From the NCBI RefSeq assembly GCF_009834535.1, contig NC_045697.1:94304001-94368000 (forward strand): a DNA stretch of 64,000 bases, written 5' to 3'. The position numbers were made by a program, and so were the translations under genes. Below, piece after piece: positions 1 through 12,636 of the stretch. Below the pieces are notes generated by a model that was not told where the DNA came from, searched no databases, and saw only the letters and a program-made list of their open reading frames with translations. How positions within the stretch are numbered: the stretch's first letter is position 1; each line of letters opens with the position of its first letter. Source of the DNA: Camelus ferus (Eukaryota).

Positions 1-2050
1 AGATAACTTTATATAATTTGGATTTTTAAACTAAGAAATGGAGGTTGCAAACACTGAAACTAGTATCAGAGCATCATTTTCCTAGTTGTGGAAATAGGTT
101 TTTACTTTGTCCTTCATCACCTTTTTCATGACTGTTTACACTCTCTCCCTTATTATACCTCTTTTGTTACCTTTATTTTCTATATGATCAACCAAACTTT
201 CATTAACAAATATAAGCTCAAAGAAAATAATTATTATTATTCAGAACATGTTGGGGACAGAGGAGATTGTCTTACTCTTATTTCTCAAAGTTAAAGAACA
301 TAAATTACATTATTCAGTGGGATAAAAAAGGATCATAGGAGTTTTCTGATACAAAATCCTGAAGAGAGTTTGTTAAATAAAATCTTCAGTTTAACTCTTT
401 TCCTTCTATACTTATTTTGAGAATGAGAGAAATTGACCAATCTCTTGTTGAAAATCATGTGTCAGAGCAAGTTTCAAAAAGCACCTTTTCAGCCACATAT
501 TTTTAAGCTAAAATATTCCCGTTTTCTGAGGAGTGTTTTCATAATTCCTGTTCATCAGGTTTGATTCATCAGGTTCTGAAGGAAAGAACCCACAGTTGGG
601 AGTTACAGGCTGAGCTGCTAGCTCTTGCTCTGAAAATGATTTACTAATTATTTGAGGCTAAGTCATTTTATTTCTCTTGCCTTGCTTATGGCTGATAGAA
701 TTTGAAGTAGGAGAGAATGGTTGAGACTGCATGTATGTTAAGTGTTGGAGGTTCAGCAAAAAAGAATTTAGTGATTTCAAAGGAATTAAAATTTAATTTA
801 AAGTGAACCATTTGAACAATCTCTTAAAATACTGGCTAAATATCAAGTATCTGAATAAAATTTGTTAAAAATTTTGTTTAATTTTTACATTTATTTTGTA
901 GTTTATTCATACTCTACATCGCAACTAGTCTCGAAAAGGCACTGTGAAATGTTGTTGGGAATAAAATTATGATTCTATCAGTTGATAAAAGGCAAAATTT
1001 CCAATGACTAATCAGTTGCAGTTGATATAATAAATGATTTAAAATATATACTTTATCTAATGCAATTATTGAGCTGTAAAATTTACTGGGCTCATAATCT
1101 TACAGTTTTAAGTTATTGGAATAATAAAAATAAAAATAAATCCATACATTTTTGCTTTAGGAATTACTGAAATGAAACTCTGTGCCATTTAATTACATCT
1201 TTCAAAGGACTATAATCTCTTAATCGCCATGAGCTTCTCTTTTATCCTAGTAATTGGCATTTAGGCACATTGAATTCATATTAAACTTTCCATGTCAGAA
1301 AGTAAGGCTGGCTGCTGAATTAGAGGCTTTTCAAAAGTAAAGCTTCTGCTCTTTTAGTTTATGATATATGAATCACATTGAATATCCCATCAAATATCAC
1401 CCTTTGATGGGGTTAATCTATATGTTAATGGTTTCTCTATTTTCTGTACTATCTTGCCCTTTTCATTTATTTAATACATTGTATTTTTACAGTTTATATT
1501 GTTTAAAAGAAAATTTGCAAGTCAGTGAAGAGGACTGCATACCCTTTGATGACAGGGAAATTACATTCTTGTGTTTAAATGCTGTTTAATATATTAAAAT
1601 TAGGTTAAAAGCTCCTCTGAAAAGGTTTTTTTCCCCTGTAATAGAAAGACTTACAGAAATTGCAAACAAATTGTGACAGGGGCATGAGGGAAGGGTAGGT
1701 ACTTGGTATAAATCCACCGCATAGGAAACCTGGAAGGCCTGTTGCATTTTAACATTCAAAGAAGGAAACAAGCTCAGAAGAAGGAAACAACCTCTACTAA
1801 ACACAGTTCTATATCCAGAATACTAAATGTGCAGGAGTGGTCCAAAATCTCCTCAGAGCTTGGCAGACGTGGCAAAGAGAACTGTTGGGCCATTAGGGAG
1901 AATCACCTCTTCTAGAAACGTGTCCTGTAATAAAGCACATGCAGTCCGAAAACGAGGCATCAGAAACTGGATTAAGCCTCAGAGACTTTTCAGTATCACG
2001 TCACAGTCTCAGGCGAGCTCTTTACCTTAGAAATAAATGACATAAACTAT

Positions 2051-2275
2051 GAAATAGAATACCTGAGTTTAATCTACACTGCATTTCTATCTACGCTTTC
2101 TTGGTTAAACTGGTTTCAAACTTCCTGTGTCTCAGTTTCCTCCTCTGTATGATGAGGACTATCTATATCTGTGGAATGAGTTTTTGAAGTATGTGAAGAC
2201 TAAGTGAGATTCTATATATTAAGTTCTTAATATAGTTTACGGGGCAATGAATATCAGCCAGTATTTTCATTATTA
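2051..2275 (+). mobile_element. MIR SINE (old, diverged)
   Basis: Core-like 'cttcctgtgtctcagtttcctcctctgtatgatgagga...gtgaagactaagtgagat' ending in 'cattatta'; recalled from the MIR consensus. Confidence 0.75.
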
Positions 2276-2781
2276 AGATAACTTTGTGGACAGCTAGAAA
2301 ATTATCATTATACTAAGTGTATTCAGCTACTGAGATCAGCGGCTAAATTTCTTCCTCTCTATGTTTATAATTGGCCTAACTCAGACTGAACACACAGAAG
2401 TCAGGTGGGTTTATTTGCCAAAATTAAATGTACATAACAGGAAATGTTTGAGTGCTTTGGGCTTTACAAAACTTGGAGTAGATGTGTAGCTAATTCATCC
2501 CATATGGCAGTATAGTCACAATATACTTCCACATCTCTGGAATGACTTGTTTTTTTGTATAATTAAAATTTCATTTATTTTTAGAATATATATATTTAAA
2601 TATTACATAATTAGCTATGTTTTACTTACAATAAGTTAAAACATATCAACCAAGGCTGTCTCCTTTGACTTTATTTCTCTCTCCTCTCAAATGTTTCTCT
2701 CTCCTCTCAAAGGATATCCAAAGGGTATCCACTATTATCTAGATGGACAGTTTTTCCAGTATTTTTGCTATGTATTTACAA

Positions 2782-2783
<2 letters not shown>

Positions 2784-2820
<37 letters not shown>
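2784..2820. repeat. (TG)n microsatellite
   Basis: Perfect TG run seen directly. Confidence 0.98.
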
Positions 2821-2821
<1 letters not shown>

Positions 2822-3879
2822 GAAGGAAGGTGGTTCTTTACATAAAGTAATCATACTTTTTGAATCATTCTGCTACTTTTTCACTTAGTAACATATTTCA
2901 GGTATATTTCTTTGACATATAGACCTACCTCCTTTGAAATTGTCCCCAAATTCTTCCTTCACAGTATTTCTTTGGTGTGTAAACTAAATGTGATATGACT
3001 ATCTCTCTGATTCTGAAATGGTCCAATCCAGATAAGTTAGTCCTAGACAAAAATTTAAGAATTCCTTTTAGACAGTATTCATTTTGGTTTTATAAAATCA
3101 GTTGCTGAGGTATCTTCCTCACTCCTGGGCAGCTCTTGAAAAACAGATTTGAGGGCATCAAATGATCAAACTAAAACAATGTAGTAATGAGTTCAATGTC
3201 CTTTACTCAAGGGAATATATATCCCATGCATTGGGAGAGTGCGGTTTCTCATGAACTACACTGCACAGACAAGTGAATGTAGCCTCTTAGATATGTGATG
3301 CACACACTCTTGACACTTCTTTATGTGAGTGAGGGGTGGAGGGTCCACTCATGGAGAATTCTCAGCAGCTCCTCATCTCTCACTTCTTTTCCTCTTTAGG
3401 TTGAAGTCCTGAGAGAAAGTTCTTTGCATACTCATCTCACCATTTTAGATTTCTGCCTCTCTCATTTTTTACCCCAGATTTTCATTATCCAGAAACGAAG
3501 CAGTTATTCCTTTACTTGCCCCAAGACACCACACTGACAGTGTCTTAGAGTGATCTAAGTGGCACCTGTGAATGAGTTTATTGTCCACACTACAAGAGAA
3601 CTCTAAGCTGGCTTCTTAAGACCTGTACATACTAAGAGGAAAACAAAAGTTAATTTGAATTTTTTTTCTCTCAAAAACTCTGTTCCTAGTAGATAATCTT
3701 GTTCTTGCATTCCAGAAACTATTATTACCTTTATGTTTTCTGCTTGCATTATATTTTAAACTCTTTTCAAAGAGATAGCATCTTTGGGTGAACTAGAATA
3801 AAGAGAGCAGGTAAACAAAAATGAATAACATAGCGTTTCAAAATAGCATTCACTTTTATCTATCCATTCCCTTAGTCAC

Positions 3880-4150
3880 AAAAAATCTTGGCTATGTCCA
3901 CTTTTTCCTATTAAAACAAGGTTGGAATGAATAGCCTTGTATATATATACTGTGTATATATATAGCATATACACATGTGTCTTTTCTTTAAGGCAGACAA
4001 TGAGTAATGGAATTGCAGGATCTGAGTGCATTTAAAATTTTTATTCCTACAGATCAATTGCCTTCCAAAATGGCTGTACTAATCCTTAGTCTAAGGAACA
4101 ACGTCTAAGGGTATCATTTTTCTTCACATCTTTACCAACATTTGACATTA
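3880..4150 (-). mobile_element. Old L1 (L1ME-like) ORF2-end fragment
   Basis: 'aatggaattgcaggatc...caattgccttccaaaatggctgtactaat...cttcacatctttaccaacatttg' resembles the antisense L1 ORF2 C-terminus. Confidence 0.6.
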
Positions 4151-4239
4151 GCAAAGAAACAAAAATCCATTTTACCATTAGCATTTATTATTATTATGTG
4201 ATATTATTAACATGTTACCTATGTTATATAAATTTTAAA

Positions 4240-5380
4240 ATTTAATTTTATTCATTTTAATTGAAGTATAGCTGACTTACAATATTATATTGGTTTCAGG
4301 TGTATGACATAGCGAGTCAGTGTTTTTATAGTTAATCCTATAGTTATTACAAGATAATTGCTATAGTTGTCTGTTGTACCATATATCCTTATTACTTATC
4401 TATTTTTTACATAGCAGATTGTTTCTTTCAATCCCAAACCCCTAATGTACTCCTCCCCTCTTCCCACTCCACACTGGTAAGCACTAGTTTTGTTTTCTAT
4501 CTAAGTTTGTTTCTGTTTTACTAAATACCTTCATTTGGATTATTTTTTAGATTCCACATATAAGTGACATCATGCAATATTTGTCTTTTTATGAATTATT
4601 TCCCTAAGCATAATAGTTTCTAGATCTAACAACATTGCTGCAAATGGCAGAATTTCATTCTTTTTTATAGCCGAGTAATATTTCATTAAAAATCACACCT
4701 TCTGTATCCATTCATCTGTTGATGGACACTTGGGATGCTTCCATATCTTGAGTGCTATGAACAATGCTGCTATGAACGTTGGGGTGCATGTTATCTTATC
4801 AAATTAGTGTTTTCATTTTTTCCAGATATATGCCCAGTAGTGGGATTGTTGGATCATATAGTAATTCTATTTTTAGTTTTCTGAGCAGCTTCTATACTCT
4901 TTTCCATAGTGGCTGCACCAATTTACATGCTCACCAACGGTGTACAAGGATTCCCTTTTCTCCACATCCTCTCCAGTTGTTATCTGTAGAATTTTTGATG
5001 ATAGCCATTCTGACAGGTATGGGGTGATATCTCACTGTTGTTTTGATTTGTATTTCTCTAATAATTAGTAATGTTGAAAATATTTTCATGTGCCTGTCAG
5101 CCATCTGTATCTCTTCTTTGGAAAAATGTCTATACAGGTCTTCTGCACATTTTTTTGTTTGGGTTGTTTGTTTGTTTTGATATTGAGTTGTATGAGCTGT
5201 TTGTATAGTTTTATATATTAACCCCTTGTCAGTCATATCATTTGCAAATATTTTCTCCCATCCATAGATTATCTTTTCTTTATGTCAACAGTTTCCTTTG
5301 CTGTGCAAAAGCTTTAAAGTTTAATTGTATCCCATTTGTTTATTTTTGCTTTAATTTCTTTTGCCTTATGAGACAGACAC
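4240..5380 (-). mobile_element. 5'-truncated L1 (3'UTR + ORF2 C-terminus)
   Basis: Antisense 3' end 'ttttaattgaagtatagctgacttacaat'; minus ORF 4931-5236 '[15 protein letters not shown]...[21 protein letters not shown]' is L1 ORF2p. Confidence 0.95.
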
Positions 5381-5479
5381 AAAGAATATTGCATATTCTG
5401 CATATTTATATCAAGGAGTATTTTGCATTTATATTATATTATCTGCCTATATACCTATATATCTCATTGATATATCTTC

Positions 5480-6090
5480 TGCTTTGTATCAGTTATAATG
5501 TTTTTGGATGCAAGTACTAAATATTAACCCTATTCAGTTAAATAACAGGAAATGTATCACACAAGAAGTTTCAAATATCTGGTGTCTCCAAGCGTCGTGT
5601 GACCAATGCTCCAAGTCCACTTCTCTGCGTTTCCTTTGGCTCTGCTCTGCTCTCTGTGTTTGCTTTGTCCTCAGGCTAGATCTCATTCTCCTCATTTAAT
5701 GGCAACAGCAATTTTGGTTCTCACATCCAGATACAACAGTGTCCAGAGGCATAAAAGAGGCTATTTATCCCTTATGTGCTTGTTAAGAGCAAATAAAGGA
5801 AAAACATTCCCAGACGGCACTCCCTGCCCCTAAAAATTCCTTAGTATTATTGGCAAAATAGCCTAATGCTTAAACCGGTCACTGCCAAGGAATTAGTTTA
5901 TATTATATAATACTATAAAGTTGGGTTTCTACCCAAGAGGAACCAGCTCCTTTGGCTAGGAAAGCAGCTGGCCTTTTTTGAGATGCATGGCCATAGGAAT
6001 AGAGCGGAAGTTGGACTAATGAGAAATACTGCTATGGAAAAATTCCAGACATGCTGGGGTGAATGTATCTAGGCAGACAATAGTTTCTGG
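5480..6090 (-). mobile_element. MaLR LTR (MLT1-type, old)
   Basis: 'ctcaggctagatctc...aatggcaacagcaatt...ctcacatccagatacaacagtgtccagagg' and 'ttaaaccggtcactgccaagg' resemble MLT1J/K. Confidence 0.55.
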
Positions 6091-6559
6091 TTATGTTTTT
6101 TTCAGGAAGGAAGGGGAAAATAACCTCCCTTCTGAAGATAATCCCAAATGAAAGATAAAATGTATTCAAATAGAAAAATATTATAATATTGTAATAAGTA
6201 TATAAAAAGAACTAAAGACACTTAAAGATGGAATCCATGGAATTTCCTGACACAGAAATTCAATTTATAAAACATTAGTGTGTTTTATAAACACAAAGTT
6301 ATGTGATTCCTAACATAACTTACAAAAATACATAAATTTATACAGATTATTAATTTTAATGTTTCAAAATATAAACAGAGATAAGGATTAAAATGTATCT
6401 TCTCCACAAGACAATTACTAAATAAAATACTTATTTCAATAAGAAAGGAAAATTAGAATAACAACATTAGAACATTAGGACAATAACAAAAAGACAAGTT
6501 CAGTCACTGAGTTTAATCCTATTCTTTTTACCCCTGAAAATATATTAAAAGTTTGACAA

Positions 6560-7500
6560 AATATCAGCGCTCATATTTCAGAAACAGTGATTATAAACAA
6601 ACATTCATGTAAATGTGTAATGAACTAAATGGTGATGAGCACTAAGGAGAGAGGCAAAGCAAGGAGAAGGGCTCAGGGAGGGCCAGATTAAGATGGGGCG
6701 TCATTACTTTGTTGTTGGTGATTTGGTTCTTCTCTCATCACAGAAAGAATCCAGATATGAAACACGGAGGTTAAGAAAGTAAAGTGAGGATTCATTAAGG
6801 GATAGACAGTACACTCTCAAGGGGAGAGTGGGCAGGCTTAGGTGAGCAGCTGCCCTGAGTTTCTTTGGCAAGTTGGTTACATACAGTGGAAAAATGAATG
6901 AGAGGAATATTCATTGGGAAGGGCTTGGGGTCATTTTCCCTGATTTCCATCCCCACTCCACCTTCCCAAGGGGAAAATGGATGTTCATCCGTATTTAGTC
7001 TGGATTGAAAGTGTCATGGCAAAAGTGATGATGGGTACTTCTAATTTGAAAGGCTAATTTTATTGTAATGAGAGCATAATGAGCAAAAGGTTACTTTCAG
7101 ACACTAGATATTCCTGTCTTTTCCCACTTTCTTTGTTGGCCTCTGGGATACTTGTCACCACATAATGTGTGATTTCTTCTCAGTTCCAAGGTTCCTGCTT
7201 TTCTCTGTCTGCCCAAGGACCCCTGTTGTTTACATGATGTATGGTTTCCTGCATTTGGCCCGTGCCCCTCCTTATTTGCCCAATTCCTGCCATTTGGCCT
7301 GCGTCCCCCTTTCTCTGCTCACATCTAGCTATCTGCCTGCTCTAACAATTTTACACATGGTGATTGGTTAAGGCCTCCCTTAGAAAATGACATTTGGTCA
7401 GAGAACTCTAGGAAGTTAGAAAAGGAATTATATAGGTATCGGAGCATATTAAAATTCAAGTAGAGAGAAGTGCAAAAAATCAGAAAAAAATCAAGTGACA
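6560..7500 (-). mobile_element. L2 fragment interrupted by the solo LTR at 6710-7347
   Basis: Removing the LTR rejoins 'ggtgatgagcactaaggagagaggcaaagcaagg...' with 'atggtgattggttaaggcctcccttagaaaatgacatttggtcagaga', which is antisense L2. Confidence 0.65.
6710..7347 (-). mobile_element. ERV1-class solo LTR, copy 1
   Basis: TG...CA termini, near-perfect 4-bp TSD (actt/attt), colinear homology to 15170-15783. Confidence 0.9.
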
Positions 7501-8354
7501 TTTTCTAGATAAGATAAAAAAGGGAATAACCACATTGACAGAATTGTTCACTGTGCAAATTTTATTTTTTATTTTTCTTAATTTTTTTATAGTCAAGATC
7601 TAGTTGTAGAAGCATGAAATAACATATAAAAATTTTCATTGTGTATTGAAATTTTCAGCTACATTCCTGCTCTATTTCACCAAAGATGTTATAGCCAAGG
7701 GAAAAATAATGGCTACATGTGGATATGTCTTTATTAAGCAGGATTTCCTTCTGTATTATCATCACTGCTTCTAGCACTTCTTAGGCACATCGTCAGGCTT
7801 ACTACATAACATACCATTTTCAGTGACAGGTTCTGAACATTCAAATAAAGAGATATGGATAAAAATGTGTCAGGGTTTGTAAAACATTCTCCAAGGAAAA
7901 GATATGTCTGTCATAATTGAGTCACTAGAAACAGATCCTGGAACGGGCAGAGAGAATTGTGAAGTTCTAGTCTACTGTCTTGTAGTTTCTCGTATGACTC
8001 AGTTTCCTTTGAATTATTCAAAAGGTCGATTCAGTGAGATGATGCATTTAATGCTCTTAAAATATAGCATATGCTTAGTCAGTGGTTGCTATTTTTATTA
8101 TGATATATATTATTCTAGCCTATGCTCAACATGCATCTTTGAGATTGCTAGTTTGTTTCCCCTTTGGCTACTATATAAGGCTTCAACTCTAGTGTACTTG
8201 AAGATGTTGAATGTGTAACTTCTTGAGAGATGCATATTGGTATGTGTATATCTGTGGGTCTATGTGTCTGTGTCTGTGACTGCTTACAGGTATGTAAGTG
8301 CTATTCTGTTACAGACTTTATAATAGAATCTGAGTCTATTTTTTGATATTTAAT

Positions 8355-8680
8355 GACAGCTTTAAAGCTTCAACCACCCCCTTTCCCTTTACTCCACAGC
8401 TGAATAAGCTGATAAGAAAGCGTGAGTTCTCTCTCCTTTGGTGCAGATGGGAAGTTCAAATCATGAAGCCCCATCCCAAGCAAGCCAACACTCACCCCAG
8501 CTCACATCTTAACTACTGTGAAAACTCAAACTAGTCTCCTTTCAGTGCTTTCTTAAGCCATCTTTCTGACCAGCTTGAGAGTTGTTTTCTTTTCCCTTGA
8601 AAGTCTCATGCACATAGCATTGATAGTTTTGATGTCACAACCATCCTATCAATGTAGAGTGGCCAAAATCATCTTTTTGT
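8355..8680 (+). mobile_element. Old LTR fragment (MER74/MER73-like, ERVL class; family uncertain)
   Basis: 'aagctgataagaaagcgtgagttctctctcctttggtgcagatgggaagttcaaatcatgaagccc' recalled from these LTRs. Confidence 0.5.
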
Positions 8681-8719
8681 TTCTTACTTGTTCCTGTTAC
8701 TTATTGTGTTACTTATTTT

Positions 8720-9450
8720 GTACTCAAAGTATTTTTCTTCAAAGACACAAATACACTCATAGTTGTATCTATATTGAGATTGTTTCCTACTGCCTGATAT
8801 TTGCATTTTATATATCTGTATCCCTACTGATGGATATTGGGTTGCCATGAATTCTCCACCACTACCAAGGGAATTGGGATAAATATTTTTGTGTTTCCTT
8901 TCATGAACCTTATTCATTCTACTCTGGGATATACATCCAGGTGTGGTATTGCGTGTGTATATCCTTTGTTCATTTTTCTATTTTTGTTCCGTGATTGGCA
9001 GGAATTATTTACATATATTAAATATTATGTCCCAATTGTGCTTTTCACGAATCTCTTCTTCCAGGCAATTGTCTCTATGTTAACCTGATTTTGCTTATCT
9101 TTCCTGCAAAGGCAATTTTAATTTAAGGTGAATAAATTCACAACTTCCTTACCATTTGTGTTACATGGGTCCTGTTTAAGAAGTACTTTGCCGTGACTAG
9201 TTAACTTGGATATGCTCAACATTTTGTCCTTCAATTATATTTTTATTTAGTGTATGATAAGGATGTAGCTTTATTTTTTTCTCTAAATAGTGATACAGGT
9301 TTCTCAAGATTAAAAATGAAACATACTTTATTGATTGTGATGACCTCTTTGTCTTATATTAATTACCATATAAACATAGGTCATCTAGTATTTTTCTATT
9401 CTGAACTATTGATTTGTATCCTGTAATTTTTAAAAATAAAAATTTTATTG
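8720..9450 (-). mobile_element. Highly decayed L1 (L1ME-like) fragments
   Basis: 'ctactgatggatattgggttgcc', 'ctctgggatatacatccaggtgtggtattgc' and 'tctcttcttccagg' are antisense L1 ORF2 motifs. Confidence 0.55.
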
Positions 9451-10367
9451 CGGTTGCATTTAATAACTAGTTTAATGTGAGGGGCGCATATCAGCCATTT
9501 AATCTATTAATATGTTAAATCTCTTTATGTATTCAGATCATTTTTAATAGAGTAATATGCTATATATTTACATAGTTAATAATTATAAAAATTTCCCTGA
9601 TGATGTTAAACATTCTTTTTGTAAATAAAAATATAAAAACTTCAAATTCATTAGGTTTTGTTAGTAATGCAATTACACAGAATAAAGTTCAGGAATTGAT
9701 CAATGATTGTCACTAGTATGTGCTTCTTTGTGGCTTTTTAAACTGTATTCTTCATGATTTAAATTTATTCATAGGATAGTTGAATTTCACATATAGCTTT
9801 ATAAGATGGATATAACAGCTCTTCCATCCGTAAAATTAATAAAAACATACCTTTCATGAAAGACACATAAAGAACATTTTAAAAGTTAAATTTATTAAAT
9901 TTTCATGAATATACAATATTCATGTATAGTCAACAAGAAAGAAAAGGGAAAATGCTTTATGAAATTCATGAGCAAAGTTTGAACTCAAATTGGGAAATGT
10001 ACTGCCAATTTTCTTGATTAGCAATTTAAACCAATATTAAGTATGAAAGGATATCAGGAGTCTACAATTAATGGATCTAATTGGAAAGATTTTTTTATAC
10101 ATGATTTCACTTGATGCTAAACAATCCTTATTTCGTGAAGTACATCAGGGCAGTTATTCTACACTCTTTCTGGGTTATGGAGGAAAAATAAATACATTTG
10201 AAAAAGTAGTATATCTTCAGGATATGTTATCTTATGTGTACACAGGAAATATGTGCTGATAAATAAGCTGGCAGTTTTGTACGGAGTGTTCAGCATGCTT
10301 TTAAAGTCTTGCTTAAAAGTTGGATGGTCAAAATTACCCTCAATAAGAAACTGCCCTTAGACAGTTA

Positions 10368-10857
10368 TTTTTTAATTAAAGTATAGTTGATTTACAATAT
10401 TATATTAGCTTCAGGTGTAGAACATAATGATTCAGTATTTTTACAGGTTATATTCCATTTAAAGTTATTACCAAATAATGGCTATGTTTCCCTGTGCTGT
10501 GCAATATATTCTTGTTGCTTATCTATTTTATACATAGTAGTTCGTATCTCTTAATCCCCTACCCTTATCTTGTTCTTCCCTTCTTTTCTGTCCCTACTGG
10601 TAACCATTACCTTGTTCTCTGTATCTGTAAGTCTGTTTCTGTTTTGTTGTGATTTTGATTTGCATTTCCCTGATGATTAGTGATGTTGACCATCTTTTCA
10701 TGTGCTTGTTGGCCATCTGTGTATCTTCTTTGTAAAAATGTCTATGCAGGTCTTCTGCCCATTTTTTAATTGGTTGTTGGTTTTTTGATATTGAGTTGTA
10801 GGAGCTCTTTATATATTTTGAATGTTAACCTCTTATTGGTCATATCACTTGCGAATA
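10368..10857 (-). mobile_element. L1 3' fragment with internal deletion
   Basis: Antisense 3'UTR 'tttaattaaagtatagttgatttacaat' fused at ~10646 to ORF2 'gattttgatttgcatttccctgatgattagtgatgttga'. Confidence 0.92.
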
Positions 10858-12592
10858 AGATATTGCACATTCTTTGTTCAATTATTTCCTAAGATGTTAG
10901 TGCTTTCATTGCTATTTTGAGTTATATATGAATATTATCTTCTGTAATACAGTAAAACTCTGTGGTAATGCACCAAATTCCAATCTAAGACATTAAGTGA
11001 TTGGCTTTCATTTTACTTCTGTTAAACTCCATTTACAAACAGGAGTAAGATAAAAATAATCATATGTATCATTTTTTACAAGAAAGTAGGGAATAAGAAA
11101 GAGATGGGACTGCCCCTAGAGAAATGTTAAGCTCTAGGGAATTAGACAGTGTGTCCCTGAATCATCATTATTCTTCCTCCCAATTTTCCTGGATTTGGGT
11201 CAAAATATAGATAACTTTCAGGTGAATATTTCTCCAACTGCTGTTGTTCTTTGTTGGAAGGCTGACCATCACAGCACCAAGAGTCATCCTTATCAAACTT
11301 GAAGCCAGAGCTGACAACTTTCCATTGATGATGTCAAGCCATTTAGACCAGGCAGCTGACTTCTTTCTGCTCAGATTGGTCCTTATTAGTCTTATTACCT
11401 TATTAACTGGTAATAAGACAATATTGAGTTATATGCAATTTATATTTTGTGCCCTATTTACCATACTCTGGCAGGTCTTACTGCATTTTCTGACTGCTAA
11501 TTGCTGGTAGGGAAAAATTCATGTTATTTTTGACCAAATATTATCATATTCTCTCAACCACTTGAGTAGCTTGTTGACTTTAAGTTTTTCACAGTGGTGA
11601 TCATCTTATTGTAAAATAATGGGAGTTCCATCTATTTCCTACTAATTCCTTTTTTCTATTAACTTATAGTTAGTATTATTTTAAACAATAGAAGCAAGCT
11701 CAAGGATCTATGTGTTTTCCTTAAGATGGATATGTCCAAAGGTTTTCTATTAAGTGTTATGATGACTGAATATTTGGGAGATGAAATCATTATCAAACAA
11801 TATATAATTTCTCTTCCAAACGTTCTGAGATGCCTTTTTTTCTCACAAAGATGAATATAAATTTCCTCTGTAAACTGACAGCTTAACATTTGATTATAAA
11901 TTCCTCTCTTGTGAGACAGTTTCTTGTGTGTTGAATCCTTACAGTTCAATCACTCATAGATCAAGTTTTTCAAATATCAAAGTTTAAGAATATTTTAAGT
12001 CATAGTAATCAAATTAGGAGATAAATAGTGCATGAGTTTTCAGTTAAAATCAGTAGATATATTTTTAACTACCCTACCTACAACAAGTAAATCCAAACTG
12101 CCTCAGAGTATATACTTGCACATTTCATTTTGACTGAATCCATAAGAAATTGTTCTAAAAGTGAAGATATTACTGCATTCTTTATGCAAAGCTAAAATCA
12201 AACATGAATATGCAGGAAAATCCTTTTTGATTATTTACCACACCTTGTGATTAGTCACATGTATGTGACTAACTGCATGTATTAAATTTTAAATATCTCC
12301 TGATAAAAAACATGTCTTTGGTCTTAAAAATGATTTTTAACTGTGAGTGGTCTTATAAATGTACTTTTAAATGGCCTAATGAACGTTTTTATGAATGTCG
12401 ATTGCAAATGCTCTGTTAAATGTCAATTTTTGAAGTTCATAAATACAGACTTTAAAATCTTCTTACAAATATCCCTATGATTTGGACTTACTGATCAGGA
12501 GAATAAAAATATTAAAATTGTACTTTATTAGATTTTTATCAAACTGTAGCTAATTATAAATCCTGCTGTGAAACAAACTCAGTGATATATGA

Positions 12593-12636
12593 TAGAGAGA
12601 GAGTGTGTGTGTGTATGTGTATGTGAGTGTGTGTGA
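12593..12636. repeat. (GA)n(GT)n compound microsatellite
   Basis: Seen directly. Confidence 0.85.

Noticed and set aside
1680..2030. Slightly GC/CpG-richer patch with TATAAA (~1707) as a promoter or exon
   Set aside because: Not a CpG island; no convincing splice-site pair or recognisable peptide
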